Shown: in pieces, positions 40,319 to 51,423 of the stretch
Layout: each line of letters begins with the position of its first letter
How positions within the stretch are numbered: the first letter of the stretch is position 1
NCBI GenBank assembly: GCA_963662275.1
Contig: OY759316.1
Coordinates: forward strand, 1,056,001-1,120,000
Direction of reading: 5' to 3'
Source: Candidatus Cloacimonadales bacterium
GTDB taxonomy: Bacteria; Cloacimonadota; Cloacimonadia; Cloacimonadales; DAONDQ01
DNA length: 64,000 bases
Notes under the pieces: generated by a model
What the model was told of the DNA's origin: nothing
Database searches by the model: none
Seen by the model: only the letters and a program-made list of their open reading frames with translations
Made by a program: the position numbers and the translations under genes

Positions 40319-41136
40319 TAACGTAAGTCCATTTCCAATTCAACAGAACGGTCTGACTTATGATCTCGATACTTGATAATGATTGGACAATAGGCATGAA
40401 ATCCGGGTCTGCCCGTAAGTTCACGACTACCGGGTACAACAACGGCATTTGCAGGAATAATGACAGCTTTGCCTGCTGTTTTGGGAAGGAATATTTGATG
40501 AACAGAATCATATACAGGTGTCCCTGCTGTGATGATTGTTCCGGCAGCGATAATGGCATTTTCCTTCACAATGACACCTTCATACAGGCCTGTATTACCC
40601 CCGATGAATACATTATCCTCGATGATTACGGGATTACCGCCTATAGGCTCCAAAACACCACCTAGAATCGCTGCTGCTGAAAGATGTACATTCTTACCTA
40701 TTTGAGCACAACTGCCAACCAGGGCATGGGAATCGACCATACAGCCCTCATCTATGAAGGCACCCACGTTCACATAAGCGGGTGGCATGATAGTAACTCC
40801 CTGGGCAATGTAACATCCATCTCTGACAGATGTACCACCTGGTACGATACGGACTTTATCAGTAATGCGGAATTTCTTCAATGGATATGTGTTTTTATCG
40901 AAGAATGTCTGACTTCCTCCACCATTCATTTCCGACAGCATACCCATACGAAAACCAAGCAGAATTCCTTTCTTGATCCAAGTATTGACAATCCAGTCTC
41001 CATTGATCTTTGTACAAGCTCTTATCGTACCTTGATTCAAGGCATTCTTGAATTCATGGAAGATTAAGATATCTTCCATAAGATAATGCTGTTTTTCATA
41101 TAATTCTTCGATTAATTTCTGTAACTCCATATTCAC
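40318..41136 (-). CDS. dapD: Tetrahydrodipicolinate N-succinyltransferase
   Basis: WIVNTWIKKGILLGFR, RIVPGG, VDSHALVGSCAQIGKNVHLS, GGVLEP, hexapeptide repeats. Confidence 0.95.
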   Translation of the reverse strand: MNMELQKLIEELYEKQHYLMEDILIFHEFKNALNQGTIRACTKINGDWIVNTWIKKGILLGFRMGMLSEMNGGGSQTFFDKNTYPLKKFRITDKVRIVPGGTSVRDGCYIAQGVTIMPPAYVNVGAFIDEGCMVDSHALVGSCAQIGKNVHLSAAAILGGVLEPIGGNPVIIEDNVFIGGNTGLYEGVIVKENAIIAAGTIITAGTPVYDSVHQIFLPKTAGKAVIIPANAVVVPGSRELTGRPGFHAYCPIIIKYRDHKSDRSVELEMDLR

Positions 41137-41138
41137 CT

Positions 41139-42341
41139 CTATCTTTTCGTAGCTCCGGGTTTAACCGGTTGATCATCTTTTTTATCAATAGCATCTTTCA
41201 TTTGATGAAGTGCTTTTTCTAACACTGATTTTGGAAAGGCATAATTCATCCGCAAGAAACCACTACCACCTAATCCGAAATGAGGACCAAAATCAAAGGC
41301 GATCTTAGCTTTCTTCAGCATCAATTCCTGCAATTGTTCATCATTCAACCCAAGGTTACGCATATCGAGCCATAATAGAAAAGTGCTTTCCGGTTCACAT
41401 ATCCTGATTTGAGGAATTTCAGATGAAATGAATTGTCGGATATAATCAAATGAATCATGTAAATAATCAAGTAAAGCATGCAGCCAAGGTTCTCCATAAC
41501 GATAAGAGGCTTGAAAAGCGGTAATGCCGAATGTATTTCCATAGAATAATTGTCTTTTGAATACCATTTTATTGTACTTTTCATATAATTCGGGATTTTC
41601 TGTTACTATCGCTGACGTCGCCAGTCCTGCAACATTGAAAGTCTTACTCGGGGCATAGCAAGTGAGCGTAAATTGTCCAAAATCTTCCAAAGAAGCGAAA
41701 GGAATATGTTTGTGTGGAGAGAAGATTAAATCACTATGGATTTCATCAGCAATCACGATAACTCCATGCTTTTTACATAGAGTGCCAAACTTGATCAATT
41801 CTTCTCTCGACCAGACTCTACCAACCGGATTATGAGGACTGCACAAGAATACCATTTTCACATTATCAAGCTGTTGGTCAAGAGTATCGAAATTCATCGA
41901 ATATTTTAAATTATTCTCAACCAACTGATTCACAACAAGAGTTCGTCCATGATCCGTAACAATCTCTGAAAAGGGATGATAAACCGGTTGCTGAATCAGT
42001 ATTTTGTCCTCTCTTTGCGTGAATGATGAGACTGCTAAAGCCAGCGCAGGTACAACCCCAGGAGTATTGATGACCCATTTTCTATGAATTGACCACTGAT
42101 GTCTTTTTTCTATCCATTCGATGAGTGATTCATAATAATGAGATTGTCTGAAGTTATAACCAAATACAGGGTGATTGAGACGTTCCTGGAGGGAGGAAAT
42201 GATTTCAGGCGCCGTGGCAAAATCCATATCAGCTACCCACATGGGGATCAGATCGTCAGAATCGAGGAATACTTTCAAAGCGTCATACTTGTAACAACCC
42301 GTATTCTTCCTTTGATAAATAGTGTCAAAATCGTATTTCAT
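41139..42341 (-). CDS. MalY/PatB family PLP-dependent C-S lyase
   Basis: IPMWVADMDF, VFGY, PGVVPAL, LCSPHNPVGRVWS, DEIHSDL, APSKTFNVAGL, FLLWLD; ATG 42341 follows GGAGG. Confidence 0.93.
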   Translation of the reverse strand: MKYDFDTIYQRKNTGCYKYDALKVFLDSDDLIPMWVADMDFATAPEIISSLQERLNHPVFGYNFRQSHYYESLIEWIEKRHQWSIHRKWVINTPGVVPALALAVSSFTQREDKILIQQPVYHPFSEIVTDHGRTLVVNQLVENNLKYSMNFDTLDQQLDNVKMVFLCSPHNPVGRVWSREELIKFGTLCKKHGVIVIADEIHSDLIFSPHKHIPFASLEDFGQFTLTCYAPSKTFNVAGLATSAIVTENPELYEKYNKMVFKRQLFYGNTFGITAFQASYRYGEPWLHALLDYLHDSFDYIRQFISSEIPQIRICEPESTFLLWLDMRNLGLNDEQLQELMLKKAKIAFDFGPHFGLGGSGFLRMNYAFPKSVLEKALHQMKDAIDKKDDQPVKPGATKR

Positions 42342-42453
42342 TCCATATCCTCCAGTCAGCATGAATTGAAGATTTTTATTGCATGAAACGTCAATGGAAA
42401 TTATTGAAGAAGGGATTAGGTGCTAGGTGCTAGTGAATAATAGGAGCATAGCC

Positions 42454-42756
42454 ATGAACGAATACAGAAAAGCATTTCGAATCATCTGGAATATTATCAG
42501 TATCCTGATATTGCTAAGTATCGTCATTATCATATTTGTTCCACAGCCATTTATCCTTAAGTCATTGCCGGTTTGTGAATGGCAGAGAGTGTATGATAAA
42601 CCGTGTTATTTCTGTGGCATGGGAAGAGCTTTGACATCACTTGCCCATGGACATATTTATAAAGCAATCTCATTCAATTGGCTTAGCATTCCATTTGTAA
42701 TCCTGCTTTTAGCGAATGAAATTATTTGGGTGTTGAATAGAAGAAAAAAGTCATGA
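42454..42756 (+). CDS. DUF2752-like small membrane protein
   Basis: PVC..KPCYFCGMGRAL..L.HG..AISFN between two hydrophobic helices. Confidence 0.75.
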   Translation: MNEYRKAFRIIWNIISILILLSIVIIIFVPQPFILKSLPVCEWQRVYDKPCYFCGMGRALTSLAHGHIYKAISFNWLSIPFVILLLANEIIWVLNRRKKS

Positions 42757-42954
42757 TTTGTTGTTCACGACAATGAACCTGGTTTTAGATATAGAAAAAT
42801 AAATGATTGCCTATTTTTAATGTATTTGTAACAATGTTTTTATAAATGAAAAGTGCAAAGCTGAATACAGTTACTTAAGACTTTCACTTAGTAGAGTAAA
42901 GTCGCATTATAAATGATACTGGTTTGAATCTAAATCATTGATTAAAAGGATGTC

Positions 42955-43656
42955 ATGAAAAAGCAAATTTTATTACTTGTATGGTTCTTAATGCTTATCG
43001 TAGCTGGCATTATATTGTATCCCTATGCCTACAAATCTTTTGTTGAGCCATCACTTACAGTTTATGTGATTGATCCAAGTACACAAAGACCTATTCAGGA
43101 AGGGGATGTTAAGCTATATACTTCTGATTCTTCAAATAAATCACAGGGAGATTTCCTGAAAACTCTGACCTTGGATAAATGTGGTAAAGTGACTTTCAAA
43201 CAACTACCTGTGAATCTGTTAGAAGTCAGATATTTCCCACTAAATGGTGAAAGTGTTAACATAACAGGTATTTCTATCGGACGACATAGCGGTAATGTAA
43301 AATTATATCTTTATAGTTCAGGTTATTCTATTGCTGGAATTTCCATTAATGAAGTATCATCGAATACTACAGTATCACCGGATAAGAATACAATTAGTGA
43401 TGTTGAATATGCCAAAGATTATATAGTCTTGTATAACGATATGAGGTTAAGGGATCAACCATCATTAGATGGGAAACTCCTGGTTACGTTAAATAAACAT
43501 GATAAAGTCTCTTATCTTGGTGAAAGATCATCTAATAAAAGCCTGATAACGATAGAAGGTCAACCATTACTATCTGCATGGATGAAAGTAACAACTAATA
43601 CCGGTATTTCTGGATGGATCATTGGTACCGCTGTTGAGGAATATATCGATAATTAA
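42955..43656 (+). CDS. Membrane-anchored protein with N-terminal beta-sandwich and C-terminal bacterial SH3 domain
   Basis: N-terminal TM helix; MRLRDQPSLDGK..L..DKV..WMKV..G.SGWI SH3b pattern. Confidence 0.7.
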   Translation: MKKQILLLVWFLMLIVAGIILYPYAYKSFVEPSLTVYVIDPSTQRPIQEGDVKLYTSDSSNKSQGDFLKTLTLDKCGKVTFKQLPVNLLEVRYFPLNGESVNITGISIGRHSGNVKLYLYSSGYSIAGISINEVSSNTTVSPDKNTISDVEYAKDYIVLYNDMRLRDQPSLDGKLLVTLNKHDKVSYLGERSSNKSLITIEGQPLLSAWMKVTTNTGISGWIIGTAVEEYIDN

Positions 43657-43717
43657 GATTAATCTTGTCAGATTTCGTTTATGAAATATGAAGAGAATCA
43701 TTTTACACAGTAAACAC

Positions 43718-43750
43718 AGGCGGAGATAAATCTATCTCCGCCTTCTTTTT
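43718..43750. terminator. Intrinsic terminator between convergent genes
   Basis: AGGCGGAGATA-AATC-TATCTCCGCCT then TCTTTTT. Confidence 0.8.
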
Positions 43751-43757
43751 CACAGAA

Positions 43758-46700
43758 CTATTTTTTGCGGGGAACAAGAACTTTTATCGGCTTCTTAGTT
43801 AAATCAACAGGTTTTTGGGTATTGAGATTTTTAACTGGCTTAGTCATAGAACTGCTTTCATTCATTGCTTTCACTTTGAAGAATCCACAGCGATCTGCAA
43901 CATTGATCAAGTAAGAAGTTTCATTTGTTGTTCCATATAGTATCCAGTTTTCTTGAGCTGTATAAGGATCTGCTGCAAAATCAATTTCATAACTCGTAGC
44001 GTTATCGACGGCATCCCAGGATATTTTTGTTCCTGAATTATCTGTGTTTAGAGCTACATTTGCAGGAACAGTCAACTCAGTGGGAACTACATGATCGATT
44101 ACTATATCATCCAATAATAGAGTAGCATAACTATCGGAATACCCTAAGAAACAGAAATAATAGACACCTGTTACATCAGGAGTGAAACTAACTGTCAGGG
44201 TAGTGAAGGAAGTATCAACAATGTAGTTAGACCACAAATAATTCATACTTGCCCATGACGGTGAAGGTCCAACTTCCAGATATAATAAAGGAGATGTACC
44301 CATTGATTGACTATCAAAAGAAATTGTGTAAAGTTCACCACCGGTCATTTGAATAGGTGGAGAATAAAGACAATCACACATTGGACTATCATAAGAACCA
44401 TACAAAGATGCACAGTTTGATCCCAAGTTACCCGATCCTGTTGTTGTTGCCCAATATGAATAATCAGAATACCAATTATCCTGAATCCAGCCATTTGGTA
44501 ATCCAGGTGGAGTAATTCCGTCAAAGTTCTCCCTATGTGGGAACACTGTTATCCTGGGATCATCCGCAGTTTTGAATGTCCATACTGATGGTGTACCAGA
44601 AGTTTCACCATATCCGTTCTTGGGAACTATCTTCCAAAAATAATCTGTAGCGTATAGCAATTCAGAAGGAGTCCAGGTTAAACCTGTTACATTGGCGGAA
44701 GTAGCTGTAGGAAGTGAAGTTCCAAAGTATATGTCGTATGAGGAAGCATTATCTACAGCATTCCAGCTCAAACCCTGGGTAATGCTGACATTTACTGCTG
44801 CATCAATAGGCGTTGGATTAGTTGCAATTCCTGTCACATAGTTTACTGTACTAAAAGACCAAACAGCAGGTGTCCCTGAAGTTTCTCCAAAAGCATTTCT
44901 GGGAACTATCTTCCAGAAGTAGGTCTTGAAATCAGCAATTGAAGATGGTACCCAAGCATTACCTATCACGTTTGCACTTGCTGTAGATGGTAGTGTTTCT
45001 CCAAAATAGATATCATAGGACGTTGCATTTGCAACACTTCCCCAACTTAAATGAGAAGAACTGAGAACTCCTATTGCTCCATCAGCAGGGGAAGGAGTTG
45101 ATGTAATACCTGTAACGGAAGGAATTGTTGAGAATGACCAGGCAACTGAATTCGGGCAATCTCCCGATCCATTATAAGGTACTATTTTCCAATAATATGT
45201 GGTTCCAGGACTTAATGCAGATTCAAATACATGCGATACTACATCTCCAAGATCAGTACCATTTTCTAGATTCGTAGGAGGGTTATTGGTTCCCAGGTAG
45301 AATTTATATCCTGTCAGGGCAGTTCCTGTTGTAGGTGCTGTCCATGTAAATGATGGAGACGGTCCTTGAGCTGTAGCCCCATTCGTTGGAGAACCAATAA
45401 TAGCTGCATCGGGAGTATCCTTTTCAATAGCTACATCATCAATATATTGATTATTACCAGCCATTGTGTATCCTTTGAATATGACATATTTCCCTGTTCC
45501 TGCTCCTCCCGGTAAGGTGAAGGAGAACTGATACCAGCCTTGAGCCGGAACAACAGGAGTCCAATTGATATTGCTGGCAATCGAGGAAAGAAGAGTTGCA
45601 CCAGTCAAGGTAGGATTATCATTGAAATATACTTCAATCTTTTCCTGTTCAAATGAAGTATACCAGCTAGAACGATAGACCCAGAATTTCAATCTGCAAG
45701 GCACACCAGGCATATTAAATCGTGGTGAAATCAACAGTCCCTGGGTTCCATTTGCATAACCGGCACTGAAAGTTGCACTTGCAGACCCACTGTGTAGTGC
45801 AGATGTACTTCGTCCCCAAGTACCTGCTGAAGATGTTGTAGTATCAGTCTTGTATGATGTCCAACGCAGAGGAGGAATAGGAGAAGTTGCCTCAAAATTT
45901 TGTAATATGGACGAAGATGCCAAGTCAAAAGTTTGATCGTCCCAAGTAGTGAATGTATAGACTACCGGAGTTCCAGAGGAAATGCCGAAGCCATTCTTTC
46001 CAACTACTTTCCAGGAATATGTCGTGTTATAAGCCATTGCAGGGGGTATCCAATATGGCGTAGTCACAGTTGCAGTGGGTGTTCCCGGGAGAGTAGTACC
46101 AAAATAGACATCATAGCTCGTAGCACCATAGAGTGATGACCAGGCTAATGCGCCTATGTTGCTGACTCCTGTCGCAGTATTAGACGGTAATTGTCCTGTT
46201 ACATTGGCAGTCAATTGTGCCGCGGTTTTAAATGACCATACAGGGCTATAGCCACAGGTCCCCTGTGCATTATACGCGCTTACATACCAGGAATACGTTG
46301 TATTCGCAGATAAACTGGCGCTATTGACATAGGTCAGGGAGTTTCCATTATCTTTTATATAATATGGATTTGTTCCTGGACCGAAATATATATAATAGCC
46401 TGTAGGGGCAGGTCCGCTTGGATCAGGTGTCCAAGTCATTACCTGATTAGGAGAAGCGTCAGTAAATAATGGATAAAGTGCAGGTGAAACTAATTTCGCA
46501 GGTGGAGGAGTCGTCTGTTGTTCTATTGTGACATCATCGATAGTCAAAGCAACATTATCACTTGAAATGACATTGAAGATCAGGTAACGTGCTTCTCCTA
46601 CTGCACCCGAAGGAACATTGAAATAATATTTGTACCATCCTGTAGCACTGATTTCATAAGGAGCACTATTTGTAAAAACTGGTATTGCCGTACCTAATTG

Positions 46701-47957
46701 AGTTGCCCCGGTCAGATTCGGTTGGGTGTTGTAGCACACATAAATAGAGCTGTTAGGATTATCTAAATAGTGTAATCGATAATACCAGAATGCTATGCGA
46801 TAATTATCACTTGGGAAATTGATAGGTGGAGTGACTAATATCGCTTGTTTATTCGTTGCAATCTGTTGTACTGAGGCAGAGGCTGCAGTTGAACCGGAAT
46901 GGTTTCTGGTTGAACGAACCCACAAATTAGTCCCTGTACCGGAAATCACTGAGGTAGTCCAGCCGGTAGGCGGAAAAGTGGCGGAATCAAAGTTCTGTGT
47001 ATAAGGGAAAGTCGTGATTGTATTCGCAAGGCAGCCCCTCCCGGTAAGAGGGATGTTGCTTGGAGAATCTGTTCCATCATGAGTAAAAGTCAAATAGGCA
47101 TTATAAGTGACTATATCAACTGGATTGAAAGCAACTTTAATCGTTTTATATTGCCCTCCGTTCAATACCCAGGGAGTGACTGAAGGGTCAGTATTGCCAT
47201 TGAGATTGAGCAGAAATCTATCGCTATCCGTACATGTGAAGGCAAGATTGGTAATTGTGAGAGGACTTCCCCCATTGTTTGTGATCGTAACATCCTGGTA
47301 GGCACTAGTTGCATTGACCACGGTTGTATTGCCAAAATCAAAACTCGATGGTACTGCATTAAAAGTGGCTGGAGCAGCAGGATCGAAGTAGATCATCCTG
47401 ATGTTGGGTCTAAAAGTATCCAATGACCCTGTAGAAGTTGGTGGAGTAACACTTCTCACCCAATTTTCATGCTTTCCTCCCGTAGTCGTATAATACCAGC
47501 CAGGCGCTGAAGAATTTCCGCTGCCCCCATAATTCGTCTCAACTAGGACGACTAAATTATTACTGGTATAAGGGAAATCAGTGATATCGAATTTCTTCCA
47601 ACTATTCATGGTGAATCCGCTTACTGTTCCGTCATAGACTAGAGTAGCATCAGTGATCATTGTTGCCCATGTACTGCTCGATAATGTTGTCGCAGTCGTA
47701 GTTTTCATATAGATTTTAACCGGATAACTTGTTCCTGTTGTGCCGTAATTATTCCAGTAGATTTCGCTGATTGTTCCATTCGCCCCGATTTCTGCTGCCG
47801 TGTAGAGCGAAGCATCACGCACATAACCATACACAGCATGAATTGGGGCATTTTGAGTTGAAGTACCCGTGCCAATGGTAACAGTTGATGCAAAAACTGG
47901 ACAAACAGCAATCAATAGAACTAAGATTTGCAATGTTCTGAAACTAAGAGTTTTCAT
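43758..47957 (-). CDS. Large secreted adhesin-like protein (Ig-like, cleaved-adhesin-like and FN3-like repeats)
   Basis: Signal peptide from ATG 47957; three 'Q/ENF...PP..W...IDDV.I' modules; repeated 'ATSYD.YFG..LP..T.Y.WKIVP' modules; Thr/Ser rich. Confidence 0.8.
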   Translation of the reverse strand: MKTLSFRTLQILVLLIAVCPVFASTVTIGTGTSTQNAPIHAVYGYVRDASLYTAAEIGANGTISEIYWNNYGTTGTSYPVKIYMKTTTATTLSSSTWATMITDATLVYDGTVSGFTMNSWKKFDITDFPYTSNNLVVLVETNYGGSGNSSAPGWYYTTTGGKHENWVRSVTPPTSTGSLDTFRPNIRMIYFDPAAPATFNAVPSSFDFGNTTVVNATSAYQDVTITNNGGSPLTITNLAFTCTDSDRFLLNLNGNTDPSVTPWVLNGGQYKTIKVAFNPVDIVTYNAYLTFTHDGTDSPSNIPLTGRGCLANTITTFPYTQNFDSATFPPTGWTTSVISGTGTNLWVRSTRNHSGSTAASASVQQIATNKQAILVTPPINFPSDNYRIAFWYYRLHYLDNPNSSIYVCYNTQPNLTGATQLGTAIPVFTNSAPYEISATGWYKYYFNVPSGAVGEARYLIFNVISSDNVALTIDDVTIEQQTTPPPAKLVSPALYPLFTDASPNQVMTWTPDPSGPAPTGYYIYFGPGTNPYYIKDNGNSLTYVNSASLSANTTYSWYVSAYNAQGTCGYSPVWSFKTAAQLTANVTGQLPSNTATGVSNIGALAWSSLYGATSYDVYFGTTLPGTPTATVTTPYWIPPAMAYNTTYSWKVVGKNGFGISSGTPVVYTFTTWDDQTFDLASSSILQNFEATSPIPPLRWTSYKTDTTTSSAGTWGRSTSALHSGSASATFSAGYANGTQGLLISPRFNMPGVPCRLKFWVYRSSWYTSFEQEKIEVYFNDNPTLTGATLLSSIASNINWTPVVPAQGWYQFSFTLPGGAGTGKYVIFKGYTMAGNNQYIDDVAIEKDTPDAAIIGSPTNGATAQGPSPSFTWTAPTTGTALTGYKFYLGTNNPPTNLENGTDLGDVVSHVFESALSPGTTYYWKIVPYNGSGDCPNSVAWSFSTIPSVTGITSTPSPADGAIGVLSSSHLSWGSVANATSYDIYFGETLPSTASANVIGNAWVPSSIADFKTYFWKIVPRNAFGETSGTPAVWSFSTVNYVTGIATNPTPIDAAVNVSITQGLSWNAVDNASSYDIYFGTSLPTATSANVTGLTWTPSELLYATDYFWKIVPKNGYGETSGTPSVWTFKTADDPRITVFPHRENFDGITPPGLPNGWIQDNWYSDYSYWATTTGSGNLGSNCASLYGSYDSPMCDCLYSPPIQMTGGELYTISFDSQSMGTSPLLYLEVGPSPSWASMNYLWSNYIVDTSFTTLTVSFTPDVTGVYYFCFLGYSDSYATLLLDDIVIDHVVPTELTVPANVALNTDNSGTKISWDAVDNATSYEIDFAADPYTAQENWILYGTTNETSYLINVADRCGFFKVKAMNESSSMTKPVKNLNTQKPVDLTKKPIKVLVPRKK

Positions 47958-48566
47958 ATTCGTCCCCTTATACTCTTGAAATTTCCTATTCGTATTGGTT
48001 GATAAATCCATCTCCTTTATCTGGTATTAGGTTGAAAGGAGCATTTATTATTATAGACATGACCAGAATGAATTGCGAATACTACATTATGAATAGAATT
48101 CATTTGCAAATCAATTTGCTTACTATCCTGAGGATGATTTAATTATCTGAATAGTGATTGAAATTGAAAAAATATTCGCTTATGAATAAAACTGAATTAA
48201 TTCTTTAGCTAATAATAAGGTATCTTAAATGCTAAGAACACAAACAACAACCTCCAAGTACTTTAATGTTCAATAAATAAGCCTACTCAATAAATAAGTT
48301 TTCCATGTGGGATTGATAATGTTTTGTGTCAAATGATATTTTTATAAATATGAAAAAAACAATGCTTGCAGGTGGAAATCTGATGCAAATCAAATTGCCT
48401 TCCTATAAATGTAATTAATTAAAGAAAGAAACAAATAATGCAAAACATGCAGGGAACGCTGAGTTGTCATTTGTTTTATGTTTAGCAATTCGTACTTGTA
48501 TAAATTCTCAATAAATAAGATTGACATCAAATTATTTTCCTCTTTAATAGAAAAAAGGAGGATATT

Positions 48567-51269
48567 ATGAAATATGTATATACAATTTTATTTTTATTTC
48601 TTATCGGCAGGGTTTGTGCCACAATCCTGAATGTACCTGCACAATATTCCACTATCCAGGCTGCCATTACGGCATCAGTTAACAATGATGTTGTCTTAGT
48701 GGCAACTGGAACCTACACGGAGAACATAAATTTTAACGGAAAGGCAATAACCGTTGCTTCAACTTATTTCAATAATCATGACCCTGATGTTATCCAGAAT
48801 ACGATAATCCAGGGAACCGGTACAGGCAGTGTTGTGACTTTTACTTCTAGTGAAGATACAACTTCAGTACTGATAGGTTTTTCGATTTCAGGAGGACAGT
48901 ACAATCTTGGTGGTGGAATTACGATTCGCAATGCTTCTCCAAAACTTATACATAATTCTGTCTATAGTAATTCCGGAACTTTCGGTGCTGGTATATATTT
49001 ACAGAACTCCCATGCTATATTACAAAACCTGACAGTTTGTCACAACAATGGTGAAGGTATCCGTATTATGACTACAGCTTCACCGCAAATCACTAATTGT
49101 ATCGTTTTTTACAATACGACTCAAATCAATAATGCCTCATCCCAAGCGCTCATCCAATTCTGCGATATCTCAGTAGCCACAGCCGGTTTAGGAAATATCT
49201 CAACGGAACCTTTATTTGTTGACCATGATGCAGGTAATTATCACTTATTGGCATCCTCTTCCTGCATCAACACCGGCTCTCCATTTGTGGCTGCTGACTT
49301 GGATGGAACAAGACCGGATATCGGAGCTTTTATCTTTCCGAACACTCAATCAACAATTTATACTGACTTTGAAGTAGATATTACTTCAGCTATCAATTCA
49401 AATGCTACTCCAATGCATTTCAACAGCAGTATTTACCCTTTCAATTGTACGATAAGTTCAATTCTTTGGGATTTCAATGATGGCAATACGTCCAATGTCG
49501 CATCTCCCACATATACATATAGTATGCCTGGATATTTCTCCATATCTTTAACAGTAACTTCTTCCACAGGAACCGTATTTGTAAAGTCTAAACCAAAATA
49601 CATCAAAATCTATAATAGAATTACAAACAGTAATCTATCAGGTGTACTTGATCGTGCGGGATCACCATATTATGCAGATGCTGGGATTCTTGTGCCAGCA
49701 AGTCAATCTCTCAGCATTGACTCCGGAGTCGAAATCTATTTTGAACCTAATATTTCTTTTTGGGTTTATGGAGAACTCATGGCAAATGGAACTGAAAATG
49801 ATTCCATAAGCTTATTGCCATACATTGCTGATCAGAATTGGGGCGAATTTTATTTTAATTCATCTTCCGATGTTTCGGATTCGCAACTTCGCTATTGTCG
49901 TATTGTTCAATCACAAGGTGCTCAAATTCAAAATTCATATGGTGATATTCTCTTTGATCATTGTTTAATTATAGGCAGTTACTATTTTGGCTTATGGGTT
50001 CAAGGAAATAACGGAAATGTAACTGTTTCTAATTGCATTGTTACCGAAAACGGACTCAGTACTCATTATTCCGGAATAGTAGTTTATCCAAATGCTACAC
50101 TCACTATTGAAAGTTGCCAGGTCTTTGGTAATGCTGGTAATGCCATATGCGCATATGTTGGTACAGTTTCTACTTCTATGATAAACATTATCAATAACCA
50201 GATTCAGAATACTGATTCATGGCCAGCAGTGGGTATTGGACCGGGTTTAACTAACGTTGTTATTGAAGGAAATAACATAGTGTCAGGAGGTAACGCAATA
50301 TCTATTGATCGAGGCGCCACTGCGACAATTAAAAACAACATTATCCATGATTGTCCATATCAGGGTATTTACTGTGCAGCTAATAGCAATGTGAAAATTC
50401 TGAACAATATTGTAAATAATAACGCATGGGGCATCTATTGCGATACTCTTTCAACCCAAGAGCTAAGTTACATACAAGGCAACCTGATCAAAACCAATGT
50501 TAACGACGGCATCTGTTTAGTGCAATCTTCTCCATTCATTTCAAATAATACAATTGTCTCCAATAATACGAATGGAAGCGCCAACACTGCAGGTGTATGG
50601 CTTTCATACCTTTCTGAACCTACCTTGATCAACAATATCTTATGGAATAACCACGCAGACATCGGGTATAACACGAATGCAGCAGCAGCAGCCCACCCCA
50701 CGATGTCGTATAATATTCATCAATTCCCCTTATCCTCACAGGCGGTAGATGTCGGAAATAACTTTATCTCAAACCCGCAATTTCTATCAGAATCAGACTA
50801 TCGACTCCAGTCAAGTTCACCGGCGGTAGATTCCGGTAATCCTGATCCGTCCCTTTATCAGTTTTTGCAAACAGATATAATCGGTTCACCTCGTGTATAT
50901 GATGGAGATCAAAGCGGCTCTATAATCATTGACAGAGGCTGTTATGAATACAATCCTACGGGAGTGGATGATCCTGAAATCACGCCTTTATCAAATAAAC
51001 TAAGTGTCCGTGTATATCCAAATCCTTTTAATCCAATCCTTAACCTGGAAATATCTGTAAGCCGAAATACTCATCTGAATATATCAATCTATAATATCAA
51101 GGGGCAGAAAGTGATTCAGTTAACGGATAAAGAACAGGAAAAAGGACAATACAGAATCGTATGGAACGGGTTGGATGAACAGAGCAGGAAAGTATCATCA
51201 GGTGTCTATCTATGTAAAACAAAAACTTCCTACGGAACTAAAATTAACAAACTAATCATGATGAAATAG
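48567..51269 (+). CDS. Secreted right-handed beta-helix + PKD protein with C-terminal FlgD-Ig/T9SS-type domain
   Basis: VPAQYSTIQAAI..GTYTENINFNGKAI; PKD WDFNDG..P..TY..PG; Asn-rich beta-helix repeats; YPNPFNP..IYNIKGQKV..KLIMMK. Confidence 0.85.
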   Translation: MKYVYTILFLFLIGRVCATILNVPAQYSTIQAAITASVNNDVVLVATGTYTENINFNGKAITVASTYFNNHDPDVIQNTIIQGTGTGSVVTFTSSEDTTSVLIGFSISGGQYNLGGGITIRNASPKLIHNSVYSNSGTFGAGIYLQNSHAILQNLTVCHNNGEGIRIMTTASPQITNCIVFYNTTQINNASSQALIQFCDISVATAGLGNISTEPLFVDHDAGNYHLLASSSCINTGSPFVAADLDGTRPDIGAFIFPNTQSTIYTDFEVDITSAINSNATPMHFNSSIYPFNCTISSILWDFNDGNTSNVASPTYTYSMPGYFSISLTVTSSTGTVFVKSKPKYIKIYNRITNSNLSGVLDRAGSPYYADAGILVPASQSLSIDSGVEIYFEPNISFWVYGELMANGTENDSISLLPYIADQNWGEFYFNSSSDVSDSQLRYCRIVQSQGAQIQNSYGDILFDHCLIIGSYYFGLWVQGNNGNVTVSNCIVTENGLSTHYSGIVVYPNATLTIESCQVFGNAGNAICAYVGTVSTSMINIINNQIQNTDSWPAVGIGPGLTNVVIEGNNIVSGGNAISIDRGATATIKNNIIHDCPYQGIYCAANSNVKILNNIVNNNAWGIYCDTLSTQELSYIQGNLIKTNVNDGICLVQSSPFISNNTIVSNNTNGSANTAGVWLSYLSEPTLINNILWNNHADIGYNTNAAAAAHPTMSYNIHQFPLSSQAVDVGNNFISNPQFLSESDYRLQSSSPAVDSGNPDPSLYQFLQTDIIGSPRVYDGDQSGSIIIDRGCYEYNPTGVDDPEITPLSNKLSVRVYPNPFNPILNLEISVSRNTHLNISIYNIKGQKVIQLTDKEQEKGQYRIVWNGLDEQSRKVSSGVYLCKTKTSYGTKINKLIMMK

Positions 51270-51332
51270 TATGACTCTGTGGAAAAAAGTAGGCAAGAAA
51301 TCTAGGAGTAAAATCGTCTGATCAACATAAGA

Positions 51333-51423
51333 GCATTACGGTAGCAATACGGTAGCAATACGGTAGCATTACGGTAAAAAACCGTATTTGTACCGTAATG
51401 ATATAGTAATCATACCCTGTTTT
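51333..51423. repeat. 11-bp-period tandem/inverted repeat element
   Basis: (GCAWTACGGTA)x4, AAAA, then inverted decaying units ACCGTATTTG, TACCGTAATGA, TATAGTAATCA, TACCCTGTTTT. Confidence 0.8.
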
